In this document: one piece after another, positions 43,454-44,276 of the stretch
Layout: every line of letters begins with the position of its first letter
Numbering within the stretch: the stretch's first letter is position 1
IMG/VR virus record: IMGVR_UViG_3300038393_001496
Coordinates: 1 to 44,276 of that record
Length of the DNA stretch: 44,276 nt
DNA from: a virus
Lineage: Duplodnaviria; Caudoviricetes
Reading direction: 5' to 3' (one strand)
The notes under the pieces: model-generated
Databases searched by the model: none
Told to the model about the DNA's origin: nothing
The model's input: only the letters and a program-made list of their open reading frames with translations
Position numbers and translations under genes: made by a program

Positions 43454-44276
43454 TTAGAAAGAGACCAGCTTCATGAACCGGTCAAGCCCGTAGGCATTTG
43501 TTTTCTTCAGTATTGGCAGCAGCTCGTCAGCCCGGATCTGTTCCACAGTCACACCATTGGCGGACATCCAAGATTTACATCCCATCTCGCAGGCTCCAGT
43601 GATCAACCGGTAGTGATTGACCGATATCATCGTGTCCGCCTGAATAGGTTCGTTCTTCAGCTTCTCCGCGGCTATTTTGAACTGTAGATCGACAACTGCA
43701 TTCCTCAGATCCTCACCATGCGCATAGTAATCTCCTTGCCGGGCGATGAAGAAGTACTCCTCCCGGTTCACCTTCTTGGCTGAGTAGATCGTATGCATCT
43801 CGCCGTTTGTAGTGTGATCGCGCTGCGCAAGGATTTCGCAGAATATGCTGTCGATCCGGGCGTATAGTTTGTCGTTTTTGTCCCAGAAGAAATTTTTGCT
43901 GATTTTGACCAGCGATATGTTTGGTACGTTCGCACCAATATATCGACTACCCGAACTCAGGTACAGAGCACCGCCCACAGTCGGGTTGAAGCCCTCGGGG
44001 ATAGACGTCAGCGAACTCAGCTCCAGAGCACCGCCCACAGTTGGGTTGAAGCCCTCGGGGATAGACGTCAGCGACCTCAGCTCCAGAGCACCGCCCACAG
44101 TCGGGTTGAAGCCCTCGGGGATAGACGTCAGCGAACTCAGGTACAGATCACCGCCCACAGTCGGGTTGAAGCCCTCGGGGATAGACGTCAGCGACCTCAG
44201 GTACAGAGAGCCGCCCACAGTCGGGTTGAAGCCCTCGGGGATAGACGTCAGCGACCTCAGGTACAGAGAGCCGCCC
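43454..44276 (-). CDS. 3' part of LRR-like repeat protein (at least 351 aa after circularisation)
   Basis: xLxLxSLTSIPEGFNPTVGG repeats, then unique domain with YAHGEDL..A..DL.FK and YRLITGAC..GC. Confidence 0.88.
   Translation of the reverse strand, partial: GGSLYLRSLTSIPEGFNPTVGGSLYLRSLTSIPEGFNPTVGGDLYLSSLTSIPEGFNPTVGGALELRSLTSIPEGFNPTVGGALELSSLTSIPEGFNPTVGGALYLSSGSRYIGANVPNISLVKISKNFFWDKNDKLYARIDSIFCEILAQRDHTTNGEMHTIYSAKKVNREEYFFIARQGDYYAHGEDLRNAVVDLQFKIAAEKLKNEPIQADTMISVNHYRLITGACEMGCKSWMSANGVTVEQIRADELLPILKKTNAYGLDRFMKLVSF
43952..44276. repeat. 60-bp tandem repeat array, right part
   Basis: About 5.4 units of the same repeat as at 1-273. Confidence 0.97.

Larger units (their letters stand above)
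1..44276. mobile_element. Complete circular temperate phage genome (long-tailed, HK97-fold capsid), probable Bacteroidota host
   Basis: 96-bp terminal identity; one ORF continues across the junction; integration, immunity, replication, packaging, head and tail modules all present. Confidence 0.93.

Noticed and set aside
44181-44276. Biological direct terminal repeat
   Set aside because: Falls within a tandem array in mid-gene; best explained as assembly overlap, so true repeat copy number is uncertain
1-44276. Alternative genetic code
   Set aside because: Standard-code ORFs tile the genome densely with intact core genes

Overview
The window is an apparently complete temperate siphovirus-like phage genome. 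Bases 1-96 equal 44181-44276, giving a circle of about 44,180 bp broken inside a 60-bp tandem repeat. attP is intact, so this is the excised or virion form. The host is probably Bacteroidota: TAnnTTTG-type -7 promoter boxes, A-rich starts without Shine-Dalgarno, signal peptides cleaved before Gln, and a u-spanin. Modules: (1) immunity switch (XRE repressor, divergent Cro-position gene, three operators); (2) two secreted lysogenic-conversion proteins; (3) attP in the 3' half of tRNA-Arg(ACG) plus tyrosine integrase; (4) a minus-strand early operon running round the circle (RecT, RecE-like exonuclease, LRR-like repeat protein, two ParB-domain proteins, SNF2 helicase, J-domain protein, initiator with internal iterons, nuclease, ASCH); (5) a late operon (TerS/TerL, portal, protease, HK97-type capsid, neck, tail tube, tape measure, tail tip/fibres, holin-like protein, u-spanin). 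Most notable: a repeat protein whose near-identical 60-bp units differ in protein sequence at only three putative surface codons, next to RecET; a Cro-position protein with a DnaA-domain-IV-like C-terminus beside a perfect DnaA box in the switch; three late promoters with a palindrome exactly 30 nt from the -7 box; three atypical tRNA-like elements; export/membrane-targeting N-termini on head proteins; and no recognisable endolysin. All family calls come from motifs recognised by eye, not database searches.
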